Assembly: GCA_964291665.2 (NCBI GenBank)
Contig: OZ219814.1
Location: 359,525-423,524, forward strand
Direction: 5' to 3'
Length of the DNA stretch: 64,000 bases
Origin: Thermodesulfobacteriota bacterium
GTDB taxonomy: Bacteria; Desulfobacterota_D; UBA1144; Nemesobacterales; Nemesobacteraceae
Position numbers and translations under genes: made by a program. Numbering within the stretch: the stretch's first letter is position 1; each line of letters starts with the position of its first letter. The notes under the pieces were generated by a model. It saw only the letters and a program-made list of their open reading frames with translations. It had not been told where the DNA came from and made no database searches. Shown here piece by piece: positions 34,824 through 44,902 of this stretch.

Positions 34824-36089
34824 CTAGAGAAATTCCGCAATGCTCTCAGCTTTCAGCAGATCCTCGAGAGTTTCCCTGGCCCTTATCTCGCAATACCTCT
34901 CACCGCTTACAAGAACCTCGGCAGCCCGGGGCCTTGTGTTGTAATTAGACGACATAACGAAACCGTACGCCCCCGCGCTGAAAACCGCAAGCAGTTCTCC
35001 CGCGGAAACTTCGGGGAAGCTCCTGTCTCTGGCCAGAAAATCACCCGATTCGCATATCGGGCCGACTATGTCCACCACCTCGCGGGATTCAGAACCTCCC
35101 GCACGCACCGGCTCTATTCGGTGGAACGAATCGTAAAACGCGGGTCTCACAAGGTCGTTCATCGCGGCGTCGACTATTACAAATTTCTTCGAGGTCCCCT
35201 CCTTAACATAAAGCACTCTGGTGGACATTATTCCCGCGTTGCCCACCATCGACCTCCCGGGCTCAAGGACCAGTCCGTAACTGGTATCGCGAAGATGTTC
35301 CTCGAAAACCCGCGCGTACTCGGATTTCGCCGGGGGCTTCTCCTCGCTCTCGTAGCTTATCGCGAGACCCCCTCCTATATCTATGTAGGAAACTTCAATT
35401 CCGTCGCTCCCGAGCCTGTCGGCCAGATAAACGAGCTTCGATATGGATTCGGAAAAAGAGGAAAGATCAAATATCTGGGAACCTATATGGGCGTCAATCC
35501 CCCTTATCTCGATTCCCCCCATCCGTGATGCGTTTCTGTATACATCCACCGCTTTTTCGATCCCGATCCCAAACTTGCTTTTCTCAAAACCCGTCGATAT
35601 GTACGGATGGGTGTCGGGGTCAATATCAGGATTAACCCTTATCGCGACCGGGGCCTTCTCTCCGAGCGAGACGGCCACCTCGTTTATTTTCTGAAGCTCC
35701 GCCTCGGATTCCACGTTGAAAAAGAGTATCCGAGAGCGAATTGCGGCCTCTATCTCCTCTTCGGTCTTCCCGACTCCCGAAAACACCACTTTCGAGGTGT
35801 CTCCACCGGCGGCAACAACCCTCCGCAGTTCCCCCGACGAAACTATATCGAAACCGGAGTCCATGGAGGAGAAAATCTTGAGCACGGATAAATTGGAGTT
35901 CGCCTTTACGGAATAGCAGATCAGGGGGTCAATCTCGGAAAACGCCTCCCTGTACTCAAGGAAGCTTGAGCGGATGGAATTGTGGCTGTAGATATAGACG
36001 GGAGTTCCAAACTCCTCGCATATCTTGCTCACGGGAACTTTCTCCACGTAAAGTTCGCCGTCAGTATATTCAAAATCGGAAGTCATCAT
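34824..36089 (-). CDS. lysA: Diaminopimelate decarboxylase
   Basis: GTPVYIYS, CYSVKANSNLSVLK (PLP Lys), IDIGGGLAISY, and GPICESGDF. The start is set at ATG 36089 (MMTSDFEYTDGELYV). The 73-codon upstream extension in the track is hydrophobic/low-complexity and unlike LysA. Confidence 0.9.
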   Translation of the reverse strand: MMTSDFEYTDGELYVEKVPVSKICEEFGTPVYIYSHNSIRSSFLEYREAFSEIDPLICYSVKANSNLSVLKIFSSMDSGFDIVSSGELRRVVAAGGDTSKVVFSGVGKTEEEIEAAIRSRILFFNVESEAELQKINEVAVSLGEKAPVAIRVNPDIDPDTHPYISTGFEKSKFGIGIEKAVDVYRNASRMGGIEIRGIDAHIGSQIFDLSSFSESISKLVYLADRLGSDGIEVSYIDIGGGLAISYESEEKPPAKSEYARVFEEHLRDTSYGLVLEPGRSMVGNAGIMSTRVLYVKEGTSKKFVIVDAAMNDLVRPAFYDSFHRIEPVRAGGSESREVVDIVGPICESGDFLARDRSFPEVSAGELLAVFSAGAYGFVMSSNYNTRPRAAEVLVSGERYCEIRARETLEDLLKAESIAEFL

Positions 36090-36322
36090 CCAGGTCTCCG
36101 TGCGTTTGAAGCTAGAAAATCTACCCGAAAAAAACGGCGGAAAACAATTATAGAACCTGAAACCAAGCAAAGCCCAGCAAGGCCAAGGCGCTAACTTATG
36201 AACAAGGGAATAAAGCGATTCACCAAATCTGGGGACTATATACTTGACTGCCCAGATGATGAAAACGGGGAGCTCACTTATGCTGTTTGATTTCTTTCCG
36301 GTATCCATGTACCGTCAGAGCG

Positions 36323-36682
36323 ATGAGTATTCGGGACGATCAACTTGAGTTCCGGTCCGACCAGATCGAGGGCGTTCTGGTAATAAGCGTGTCCGGGCGG
36401 ATTGACGGCGTGAACATGCAGGAATTCCACGACAACTTGTACATGGCAACCAGAGCTTCTGAGAGCCCCGTAGTTCTGGACTTTGAGAACCTCTCCTATA
36501 TCAACAGCGGAGGGTTGCGTTCAATCCTGGTTACCGCAAAAAGATTAAGAGAGAGAAAGACGGAATTTATAGTGTGCTCCCTGTCCGACTCCGTAGAGAA
36601 GACCTTTGAGCTCGTAGCTTTCGGAAAAATCATCAAGGTGCTGAAATCCCGCTCTGATGCTCTAGCTGCAATAACGGATTAA
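36323..36682 (+). CDS. STAS-domain protein (anti-sigma-factor antagonist, SpoIIAA-like)
   Basis: About 119 aa. VLVISVSGRIDGVNMQEFHDNL...VVLDFENLSYINSGGLRSILVTAKRL. The track ORF starts at 36287; the internal ATG 36323 is preferred. Confidence 0.8.
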   Translation: MSIRDDQLEFRSDQIEGVLVISVSGRIDGVNMQEFHDNLYMATRASESPVVLDFENLSYINSGGLRSILVTAKRLRERKTEFIVCSLSDSVEKTFELVAFGKIIKVLKSRSDALAAITD

Positions 36683-36792
36683 AACACACGACGACACGGA
36701 ATACTCAGGGCAAGTTGCCTTCGGTGCAATCTCCTTCGTGGGCCCGCCGCTTATATTACAGGTAGTTAAATATATAAGTCCCCAAATTTTGC

Positions 36793-36821
36793 TTGGACAA
36801 AACCCGGATTTGTTTTATAAT
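36793..36821 (+). promoter_or_regulatory. Candidate sigma70 promoter of the exbB/exbD-like operon
   Basis: TTGGAC (36793-36798), 17-nt spacer, TATAAT (36816-36821), about 65 nt upstream of ATG 36886. Confidence 0.5.
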
Positions 36822-36885
36822 GGTTTCGTTGTATCGAAAACCCAGACTCTGGAGCAAAAACCTCTCTATTCAAGGATAAATCCCA

Positions 36886-37506
36886 ATGGACGCAATTATT
36901 GATCTGTTTACCAAAGGCGGAATATATATTTTCCCCCTGATTTTATGTTCCATATTCGGACTCGCGATCTTTCTTCAGAAGCTTAATCTCCTTCAGAGGA
37001 AAAAGATTCTCCCCGAAGAATTTCTTTCAAATCTGTACGAGACTGTCGAGACAAAGGGGCTTGAAGGGGCGAAATCCCTTTCCGCGTCAAACGACTCCGC
37101 AGTGGCCAAAATGGCTCTAGCGGCCGCGCAGAACTCGGGTAAATCGAAAACGGATATGCACGAAGCCATTGAGGCCGTAGGAAAGAACGAGGCCCAAGGT
37201 CTTGAAAAATATATAGACACTCTGCTCACCATAAGCAGCATAAGCACCCTTATCGGGCTTCTCGGAACGATCTCGGGAATGATAAAGGTGTTCGCCGTCA
37301 TATCGGAGAAGGACATAGTGGACCCGCCTTCCCTCGCGGGAGGTATCTCGGAAGCCCTCTACACGACGGCTCTCGGACTCACGATAGCGATCCCGGCATA
37401 CATAGCCTACAAGTACACCGACGGAAAATTCCGGGAGCTGATCTCTGAGCTTGAGGACGAAGGTAAGAAAATACTTGAAGCTTTTTCCGCAAAGGCATCC
37501 TTATGA
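36886..37506 (+). CDS. MotA/TolQ/ExbB proton-channel family protein
   Basis: 206-aa ORF with 3 TM segments. C-terminal signature GLLGTISGMI...ISEALYTTALGLTIAIPA. Confidence 0.88.
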   Translation: MDAIIDLFTKGGIYIFPLILCSIFGLAIFLQKLNLLQRKKILPEEFLSNLYETVETKGLEGAKSLSASNDSAVAKMALAAAQNSGKSKTDMHEAIEAVGKNEAQGLEKYIDTLLTISSISTLIGLLGTISGMIKVFAVISEKDIVDPPSLAGGISEALYTTALGLTIAIPAYIAYKYTDGKFRELISELEDEGKKILEAFSAKASL

Positions 37507-37901
37507 GATTCACGAAGAGAAGAGGATCCGGTAAATCTCCAATAGATCTCGCTCCCATAGTGGACGTGGTCTTTAACCTCCTTATTTTCTTTGCTCTTAC
37601 GCTCAATTTCGCCATATCAAGCGGCATAAAAGTCAACCTCCCGAAAGCGACCGGTGAAATCGTTGAGATAAAAGACGTAAACATACACATTGCCAAAGAC
37701 GGAAAAGTTTACTTCAACGACGAACTCATGCGTTCCGCCAACTCTTTGAAGCGGGAGTTTGAGAAAATACCCAACAAAGACACCCTTGTAATAATCAGGG
37801 CGGACTCCGAGGCCTTGCACGGCCCGGTGGTAAGCACCATGGACCTGGCGAAAACCCAGGGGTTCTCGAAAATAGCAATCGGAGTTGAACCGAAGCGATA
37901 G
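37503..37901 (+). CDS. ExbD/TolR biopolymer transport protein
   Basis: 132-aa ORF overlapping the upstream stop by 4 nt. IDLAPIVDVVFNLLIFF TM helix with the conserved Asp, then a periplasmic domain. Confidence 0.88.
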   Translation: MRFTKRRGSGKSPIDLAPIVDVVFNLLIFFALTLNFAISSGIKVNLPKATGEIVEIKDVNIHIAKDGKVYFNDELMRSANSLKREFEKIPNKDTLVIIRADSEALHGPVVSTMDLAKTQGFSKIAIGVEPKR

Positions 37902-37949
37902 AACTCCCCTGCAACCGCTCCCCGGCGCCCCCGACGGTAACAAACAAAA

Positions 37950-38903
37950 TTGAATTCAACGAAAAGCGCTTTAACCTCGCTGGCAGACCTTATAACAAGG
38001 TTCTTCATCCTCTGGATAGTTCTGTTCTCAACCGTAGCGTTCTTTTCCCCTTCCCTCTTTCAGGATCTCGGATTCCTCATAGTGCCGATGCTCGCGGTGA
38101 TAATGTTCGCTATGGGAATAACGCTAAGAACGGATGACTTCAGGAGAGTGTTTTCAAGACCACTTGAGATCCTGACGGGTGTCTTCGCTCAATACGCAGT
38201 AATGCCTCTTTTGGGGTTCCTCCTCGTCTTTGCCTTCGGTACAAGCCCCCTTATCGCCGCGGGGGTCGTTCTCGTGGGTTCATGCCCCGGAGGAACGGCG
38301 TCAAACGTGATCACCTATCTGGCAAGGGGCGATCTAGCGCTTTCCGTAACGCTGACTTCGGTTTCAACGCTCCTTTGCCCGTTTCTCCTGCCCGCGCTCA
38401 TGTACGTTTACGCGGGAAGATGGATAGATGTTCCGGTCGCCGATCTTTTTGTCTCCGCGCTTCAGATAGTACTGCTGCCGGTGCTTCTTGGGGTGGTCTT
38501 GAGGAAATTGCTCGGGAGAAAATCAGAGGCTGTCCTGCCCTTTCTGCCCTCAGTATCGTCCCTTGTTATAGCTCTTGTGGTGGGAATAATAGTGGCTTTG
38601 AACGCGGAATCCATAAAAACCATCGGCGCGGTGGTTTTCCTCATAGTAATAATCCATAACGCTCTTGGTCTCACATTCGGCTATCTTATAGCGAAGGCAA
38701 TGGGTTTCGGAGAAAGCAGCGCCAGGGCGATATCCGTTGAAGTGGGAATGCAGAACTCGGGGCTCGCGGCAGCTCTTTCCCAGATGCACTTCGGCTATCT
38801 CTCCGCCCTTCCCGCCGCGCTTTTCAGCATCTGGCATAATATCTCGGGCGCAGCTATAGCTTGGTCGTGGAGAAACAGAAGGATTAATGAACAAAACCGA
38901 TAA
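37950..38903 (+). CDS. Bile acid:sodium symporter (BASS/SBF) family transporter
   Basis: 317-aa polytopic ORF. GSCPGGTASNVITYLARGDLALSV and VEVGMQNSGLAAAL motifs. Confidence 0.85.
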   Translation: MNSTKSALTSLADLITRFFILWIVLFSTVAFFSPSLFQDLGFLIVPMLAVIMFAMGITLRTDDFRRVFSRPLEILTGVFAQYAVMPLLGFLLVFAFGTSPLIAAGVVLVGSCPGGTASNVITYLARGDLALSVTLTSVSTLLCPFLLPALMYVYAGRWIDVPVADLFVSALQIVLLPVLLGVVLRKLLGRKSEAVLPFLPSVSSLVIALVVGIIVALNAESIKTIGAVVFLIVIIHNALGLTFGYLIAKAMGFGESSARAISVEVGMQNSGLAAALSQMHFGYLSALPAALFSIWHNISGAAIAWSWRNRRINEQNR

Positions 38904-39798
38904 AAAAGAAAAGCTTCCCATAAGGGGCTATCTCTTTCTGATAGCCACCGCTTTTTTCACGGCGCTTTCCTACGCGATAGGAAAGGCGCTCGAGCGAAGC
39001 GACCTTCACCCCGAGACCACCACTTTTTTCTGGTTCTTCGGGGCTTTTATAGTCGCCTTAATCCTGTTCCCCTTTCTTCGCTCGCAGAGAAAGGAACTCA
39101 GAAGAATCCGCGAGTACCGCGCCATTTTCATCTGGAGTTCCGTTATAACCTCGGCAGGGGCCGCCTTGTGGATGGTTGCGCTCTGGACTATCGGGCCGGC
39201 CCTTACCTCGTTCCTGATGAAGGCTCAGACGCTTTTCGCGCTTCTGCTCGGCATAATCTTTCTCGGCGAAAGGCTCAACAAGGGAGAAAGCGTAGGAATA
39301 GCCTTGACGGTGGCCGGCGGAGCGGTGGTCGCCTACCAGAGAGAGGATTATCTCATTTTCGGAACCGCTATGGCCCTCGGGGCCGCGTTTTTGTATTCCT
39401 TTCTCTCTTTCATGGTAAAGAAGATAGCGCAGGACCTTAACATGCTGACAGTCGCGACGCTTAGAACCCTGGGAGTCTCCATAGTCCTTTTCATTTACCT
39501 AATACTCACCGGCACATTTGAGCCTCCAAGCCTAAACCAGGCGCTTGTGATGGCGTGCGGAGGTGCGTGCGGAGCGTATATAGCAAAAGGAAGCCAGTTT
39601 CACGCCATAAAGCTTCTTGATATCTCAAGAACAACCGCCGTCATGCCAATGGAATCGATCTTCGTGCTGATCCTCGCGCATGTCTTCTTCGATGACCTGC
39701 CGTCGGTTACGAAACTGCTCGGCGGAGCCTCAATAATCATCGGAGTCGTCTTCTTGGTGCTTTTCCGGGGACAGAAAAACGACATTCTCGGCAAGTGA
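38887..39798 (+). CDS. EamA/DMT-family transporter
   Basis: 303-aa ORF with about 10 TM segments arranged as two EamA-like halves. It overlaps the upstream gene by 17 nt. Confidence 0.8.
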   Translation: MNKTDKKEKLPIRGYLFLIATAFFTALSYAIGKALERSDLHPETTTFFWFFGAFIVALILFPFLRSQRKELRRIREYRAIFIWSSVITSAGAALWMVALWTIGPALTSFLMKAQTLFALLLGIIFLGERLNKGESVGIALTVAGGAVVAYQREDYLIFGTAMALGAAFLYSFLSFMVKKIAQDLNMLTVATLRTLGVSIVLFIYLILTGTFEPPSLNQALVMACGGACGAYIAKGSQFHAIKLLDISRTTAVMPMESIFVLILAHVFFDDLPSVTKLLGGASIIIGVVFLVLFRGQKNDILGK

Positions 39799-39801
39799 AT
39801 C

Positions 39802-40914
39802 CTAGCCGGAGCCGGAGAAATCAGTTCTGAGACCCCTTCTCATCCGATGCCTCTGCTCGGCAAGTTCAACAAGCATCTCGAGCATCTCCCCGACGCAGAG
39901 CCCGCTTGCCTCCCACAGTTTCGGGTACATGCTTATGGGAGTAAACCCGGGGATTGTGTTTATCTCGCTTACAAACACCTGGTCCGTATCGGCGTCAACC
40001 AGAAAATCCACCCTCGCCATACCGGTGCAGCAAAGGGCAGCATACGAAGCAAGAGCGAGGGTTCTCACCCTCTCCTGAATCTCGGGGGGAAGGTCGCATG
40101 GAATCCGGAATTCCGTTGACTCGTCGTGGTACTTCTTTTGGTAATCGTAAAATCCTCCTTCCACAACCAGTTCCCCCGGAACCGACGCCTGCGGGTCCTG
40201 ATTCCCTATTACGCTTACCTCCACTTCTCTTAGATTCATCACGGCCTTCTCAACAACCACCCTTTCGGAAAAATCAAAAGAGGCCTCCACCGCATCGGCA
40301 ACCACCCCAGGAGAACTCACCCTTGAAACTCCCACGCTTGAACCCAGATTTGAGGATTTAACGAAGCAGGGAAATCCTATTTCGTCTTCTATGCGACGGA
40401 GAACCGCCCCCTTATTATTTTCCCAGTCCGTCCTTGCGAAACCGAAAAACGGGACAACCGGAATACCGCTATCCCTGAGGATGGTTTTTGAGACTATCTT
40501 GTCAATGCAAAGCGAAGACCCAAGCAGGTCCACTCCCACGCAGGCAACACCCATAAGATCGATGAGACCCTGTACCGACCCATCTTCGCCGAAGGTTCCG
40601 TGAAGAACGGGGAAAACGGCGTCCACGGAAAAAATCTCCTTTACCTCTCCCCTGACTATTTCGGCGAAACGGCCGGGGGGAGAACCGTAGAGCATGGGAA
40701 CGATCTCGGAGTCGGGAACCAGGGCGGGAGGTTGGCCATCATCCCAGTTCTCAAGAACGGCCCTCTGCCATCTGCCCTCCTTAGAAATGAAGATCGGCAG
40801 CAGAGAAAATTTTGAAGGATCAAGGTTGCTGATGATGAATCTTGAGGAAACAAGCGACACCTCATGCTCAACCGAAACGCCGCCGAAAAGAACCGCAATT
40901 GTTTTTCTGCTCAA
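39802..40914 (-). CDS. ddl: D-alanine--D-alanine ligase
   Basis: IAVLFGGVSVEHEVSLVS, HGTFGEDGSVQGLIDL, ATP-grasp region, and VSEINTIPGFT. Confidence 0.93.
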   Translation of the reverse strand: MSRKTIAVLFGGVSVEHEVSLVSSRFIISNLDPSKFSLLPIFISKEGRWQRAVLENWDDGQPPALVPDSEIVPMLYGSPPGRFAEIVRGEVKEIFSVDAVFPVLHGTFGEDGSVQGLIDLMGVACVGVDLLGSSLCIDKIVSKTILRDSGIPVVPFFGFARTDWENNKGAVLRRIEDEIGFPCFVKSSNLGSSVGVSRVSSPGVVADAVEASFDFSERVVVEKAVMNLREVEVSVIGNQDPQASVPGELVVEGGFYDYQKKYHDESTEFRIPCDLPPEIQERVRTLALASYAALCCTGMARVDFLVDADTDQVFVSEINTIPGFTPISMYPKLWEASGLCVGEMLEMLVELAEQRHRMRRGLRTDFSGSG

Positions 40915-41014
40915 CCTGTGACCCCCGACATGCTTAAGGAAAAGATTTTATGAAAAACTCTGAAAAATAACAACCCGAGAAGTCCCGTTCTTGCTAAGTT
41001 TCCCATAACATACT

Positions 41015-41042
41015 TTGACTATTGAAACTATGTGGTTAGAAT
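41015..41042 (+). promoter_or_regulatory. Candidate sigma70 promoter of mltD
   Basis: TTGACT (41015-41020), 16-nt spacer, TAGAAT (41037-41042), about 90 nt upstream of the mltD start. Confidence 0.4.
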
Positions 41043-41134
41043 TATTGTACAAATAACTTACGGAAAAATAAACCGGAAGTCCCTCTGCAGGATATTATCA
41101 TCCCGTCTTTGACTTAAGAATCACGCAAGTTAAG

Positions 41135-42724
41135 ATGAATGGCTTTCTGCAGAGAAAAATTAACATGAATTTAACAGTCATATTTTCCGTTCTCCTCGCT
41201 GTTTTTCTCCCATGGGCATCCGTTACCGCCTCAAGTCTGGCGGAACTCCCTAAGCTTTCGCAAGAAGCACAGGCTGAATCCGCTGAGCTAACCGAAGAAA
41301 CCGAAAAAGCTGCGGAAGCAGGTGCTGATTCTTCAGCCCAATTACTTTCTGGCTTCAACGAACAAACTCCGCAGGCCCGGAAGACAGAATCCGACCCCGA
41401 AGAACTCTCAGAAGCCGGACCCTCAGAAGCTCCGCAGAGTTATGAAGACATAAAATACGAGATAAAAAGAAACTCCAAGGTTGATCGCTACATCCGACGG
41501 TTTTCAGGAAAAGGAAAGAAAAATTTCGCCGTGGTTCTCAGACGCTCCGGAAAATACCTTCCAGAGATCAAGGAAACGCTTCGCTCAGAGGGTGTCCCCC
41601 AAGAGATCGCGTATCTGCCCATTATAGAAAGCGGGTTTAATCCCCGCGCCGTTTCAAAAAAGAACGCCGTCGGGCTATGGCAATTCATAAGGCCGACCGG
41701 ACTAAAATACGGACTGAAAATAAACTACTGGACAGACGAGAGAATGCACGCCGAGAAATCGACCTTGGCGGCGGCCAGGTATCTCAGGAAGTTGTTTGAT
41801 GAATTCGGTTCATGGGAACTTGCCCTCGCCGCCTACAACTGCGGAGAGAAAAGGGTGGCGAAGGCTATCAGGAGAACAGGTTCAACCGATTTCTGGACAG
41901 TATCAAGAAGGCTTCCCAGGGAAACAAGAACCTACGTGCCGAAATTCAACGCCGCCTTGATAATAGCCCAGAACCCTGACAGATACGGTTTCAGGATTAC
42001 GGAAACAGGAAAAGATTATGAAGCCGTGAGCGTTCCACCCAGAAAAAGCCTTGCGGAAATCGCCAACCTCCTTGACATGGGATACAAGGAGATTTCCAAT
42101 TACAACCCTTCGCTCGTCGGACTCTCCACCCCTCCCGGAGAGAGTTATGAGCTTAAGGTTCCCAAGGGCTACGGAGAAAAACTCCTTGCCGTCAAAAGCG
42201 AAGTGGAGACCCTAAAGGACGTTAAGACCCCTTTCAGGACAAGGCCCGTAAGATACACGGTAAGGCCTGACGACAGCCTCTGGAAGATAGCCAAGAGATT
42301 CGGAACGTCTGTTGAGAAACTCAAGTACGCAAACGACCTCTCGGGTTCGATCATACGCCCCGGGCAGAGGCTTAAGATACCCACAAGAGGAAACGTCATA
42401 TACGTAAAGCACAAAATCCGCCCCGGGGAAAATATTTACGTTCTGGCAAAAAGGTACGGAACTTCAATCGACGAGATAAAAAGAGCTAATAACCTCAAGG
42501 GCTCCCTGATAATAGCGGGAAAAACCCTTTCCATCCCACAGAGACTTTCCTATACTTACGCGCCACGGGACGTTCCGAGGAAGTTGCACCACAAGATAAT
42601 CCCCGGCGACACACTGAGCGAGCTGGCGCTTCGCTACAGGGTATCGGTCTCCCAGATCAAGAGGTGGAACAACATGTCTTCAACCACGCTGATCGCCGGA
42701 AGAAACCTCGTCATCTACAAATAA
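41135..42724 (+). CDS. mltD: Membrane-bound lytic murein transglycosylase D-like (SLT domain + three LysM)
   Basis: Signal sequence, SLT catalytic block IIESGFNPRAVSKKNAVGLWQFIRPTG, and three LysM repeats (YTVRPDDSLWKIAKRFG..., HKIRPGENIYVLAKRYG..., HKIIPGDTLSELALRYR...). The start may be ATG 41165. Confidence 0.9.
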   Translation: MNGFLQRKINMNLTVIFSVLLAVFLPWASVTASSLAELPKLSQEAQAESAELTEETEKAAEAGADSSAQLLSGFNEQTPQARKTESDPEELSEAGPSEAPQSYEDIKYEIKRNSKVDRYIRRFSGKGKKNFAVVLRRSGKYLPEIKETLRSEGVPQEIAYLPIIESGFNPRAVSKKNAVGLWQFIRPTGLKYGLKINYWTDERMHAEKSTLAAARYLRKLFDEFGSWELALAAYNCGEKRVAKAIRRTGSTDFWTVSRRLPRETRTYVPKFNAALIIAQNPDRYGFRITETGKDYEAVSVPPRKSLAEIANLLDMGYKEISNYNPSLVGLSTPPGESYELKVPKGYGEKLLAVKSEVETLKDVKTPFRTRPVRYTVRPDDSLWKIAKRFGTSVEKLKYANDLSGSIIRPGQRLKIPTRGNVIYVKHKIRPGENIYVLAKRYGTSIDEIKRANNLKGSLIIAGKTLSIPQRLSYTYAPRDVPRKLHHKIIPGDTLSELALRYRVSVSQIKRWNNMSSTTLIAGRNLVIYK

Positions 42725-42731
42725 ATCCCGG

Positions 42732-43376
42732 ATGCTGACAGTACGGTCAATAAGAGAAGACCTTCCGCATAAAGCCCCGGAAATAAGAAAGAGACTCGGG
42801 GAGTTTGAGAATATAATCAAAAACGCCTCCGAAGAAGTAATCTTCGAGGAACTAGTCTTCTGCATATTCACAGCCGGAACGAGCGCAAAGATGGGACTGA
42901 ACGCGCTCAGTACCGTAAAGAGCATACTCCCGAGGGCAAGCGAGGATGAACTGAAGGCGAAACTGCGGGGAGTTTACAGATTTCCAAACGTGCGCTCAAA
43001 ACACGTGATCCACACAAGAGACTATTTGGCAAGCCGATACGGGCTCAGGCTTAGGCCGCTTCTTCTCTCCTTTAAAGACCCGGCGGAGCGGAGAGACTTC
43101 CTCGCACTCAACAAGGATGTAAAGGGGCTCGGCTTCAAGGAAGCAAGCCATTTTCTAAGAAATGTCGGTTTTCGCGGCTACGCGATTCTTGACAAGCACA
43201 TACTCCAGTGTCTCTTCGAACTAGGCATAACGGAGTCCGCCCGTGCACCGCACTCAAGGTCAAAATATATTGAGATTGAAAACAAGTTTAAGAGATTCAC
43301 GGAGAAAAACGGATTTGATTTCGATGAAATGGACCTGTTTCTGTGGAGCGAGAAAACAGGCGAAATACTGAAATGA
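42732..43376 (+). CDS. ogg: 8-oxoguanine DNA glycosylase/AP lyase, archaeal Ogg2 type
   Basis: 214-aa ORF. FEELVFCIFTAGTSAK and GLGFKEASHFLRNVGFRGYAILDKHIL closely match the M. jannaschii Ogg HhH-GPD motif GIGYKEASHFLRNVGY..AIIDRHIL. Confidence 0.85.
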   Translation: MLTVRSIREDLPHKAPEIRKRLGEFENIIKNASEEVIFEELVFCIFTAGTSAKMGLNALSTVKSILPRASEDELKAKLRGVYRFPNVRSKHVIHTRDYLASRYGLRLRPLLLSFKDPAERRDFLALNKDVKGLGFKEASHFLRNVGFRGYAILDKHILQCLFELGITESARAPHSRSKYIEIENKFKRFTEKNGFDFDEMDLFLWSEKTGEILK

Positions 43377-43401
43377 CGCCTCGGGAAAAAGGATCCCTCG
43401 G

Positions 43402-44052
43402 ATGACGGAAAAACAAAGACGGGAGCTTCTAGAACTCTACGAGCTTAAAAAGGAAGAAATACGGAACCGGCTTCTGGAATTCAAACAGGGTTTTCAGGAG
43501 GCCGACGACCACCAGGTCTTCCGTGAACTCTCATTCTGCGTACTGAGTTCCGGGGTTGGCCCCAAAATAGCCGGCCAATGCATGAGCGCCATAGGAGAAA
43601 AACTCGTGGACGGAGAAGAAGGTGAACTGCTGGAACGCATTGGAGCAATTCACAAATACGCCGAGAACGCATCCCGCTATATTGTTTTCACTAGGGAATA
43701 TCTTAAGGAAGAACACGGATTTCTTCTGAAATCACTTGTCAGCTCCTTTGAAGACAGAGTGAAGAGAAGAGATTTCTTCGCGAAAAACCCAGGAATAAAA
43801 GGACTCGGATACATGCAGGCAAGCCATTTTCTGAGAAATCTGGGATTCTCAGGTTACGCGATTCTTGACCGAAACAATCTGGCATCCCTTTTCGAACTGG
43901 GGGTCATAGGCGAGATGAAATATCCCCTGACGAAAAAAAGATACCTTGAAACCGAAAGCCTCATGACGGAAGCCGCTCACGAGCTGGGAATCAGTCTTGA
44001 TGAATTTGACCTGCTTCTTTGGTCTAGGAAAAGAAAATACGTTCCCAGATAA
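43402..44052 (+). CDS. Ogg2-family paralogue lacking the catalytic lysine
   Basis: 216-aa ORF. FRELSFCVLSSGVGPK and GLGYMQASHFLRNLGFSGYAILDRNNL. Met occupies the position of the Schiff-base Lys, and the Asp is retained. Confidence 0.8.
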   Translation: MTEKQRRELLELYELKKEEIRNRLLEFKQGFQEADDHQVFRELSFCVLSSGVGPKIAGQCMSAIGEKLVDGEEGELLERIGAIHKYAENASRYIVFTREYLKEEHGFLLKSLVSSFEDRVKRRDFFAKNPGIKGLGYMQASHFLRNLGFSGYAILDRNNLASLFELGVIGEMKYPLTKKRYLETESLMTEAAHELGISLDEFDLLLWSRKRKYVPR

Positions 44053-44054
44053 GA

Positions 44055-44720
44055 TCACCCGGAGTCGTGCTTTATGAAAACCTCGGCCCAAAGCGGCGCG
44101 AATCCGTCCGCGGTGTCGTGAAAAGCCCCCCGGTATCTGTTAAGGCCCATTATGCCGTCGGTGTAGTCCTTGTAGGCCGTCTGGCTTCTGTGCGCCTCGA
44201 TCGCCCGGCGCTTGCAGTCGGCAAAAGAAGTTATATCCTCGATCCGGTCGTAGGAGGGAAAAGGCGTCCATACCTCATAAAACCAGCATTCGCACTCAAA
44301 AGGGGGTTCTCCAAGCGCCGCGTCAAGACAATCAAGCGTCAGACGGGAAACCGTCCTGTGGGTTTTGTGCTTGTCGATTTCGGGATGCGGGAGGTATATT
44401 TCCCCCGGGCGGAGATTTGTTATTATTTCCGCCATCCTGGAGCTGAATTCACGCCTGTTCGAATCGGATTCCATATCGGATAACCCCAGAAGAGAAATCT
44501 CCACTCCGAGTATCTCCGAGGATGCCCTGACTTCCCGTTCCCTTGTCCGCACAAGTTCTTCCTGCGAGATACCAAGGGGATTCGCACTTCTTCTTCCATC
44601 CGTAACGACAAAGGAGATCACGTCAATACCTTTTTCCAGAAGCAGGCAGGCAGTTCCTCCCATGCCTATTTCAAGATCGTCGGGGTGGGGAGAAATTATA
44701 AGAGCTTTTGTCTCTTGCAT
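44055..44720 (-). CDS. PIG-L/LmbE-family deacetylase
   Basis: 221-aa ORF. LIISPHPDDLEIGMGGT plus a downstream HxxH-type (HKTHR) region. Confidence 0.85.
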   Translation of the reverse strand: MQETKALIISPHPDDLEIGMGGTACLLLEKGIDVISFVVTDGRRSANPLGISQEELVRTREREVRASSEILGVEISLLGLSDMESDSNRREFSSRMAEIITNLRPGEIYLPHPEIDKHKTHRTVSRLTLDCLDAALGEPPFECECWFYEVWTPFPSYDRIEDITSFADCKRRAIEAHRSQTAYKDYTDGIMGLNRYRGAFHDTADGFAPLWAEVFIKHDSG

Positions 44721-44902
44721 ATCGGTCCTTCTCAGTGGAAAAAGTACCGGAATCTACATTACACCGTGAACTAAAATTAGGGAAATTCAAAGATGGAATC
44801 GAGCGGGCAATGGAGAAAACAACAGGGGTGAAAACAGGCTATCGGATCGCCGCTTGATTACGCTCCTATGCACCAGATTTGACTATATCTCTAAATGCAC
44901 CC

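Noticed and set aside
36090-36308. 73-codon N-terminal extension of the lysA ORF
   Set aside because: The sequence is unlike LysA. The canonical N-terminus (MMTSDFEYTDGELYV...GTPVYIYS) starts at 36089, which gives the typical length of about 420 aa.
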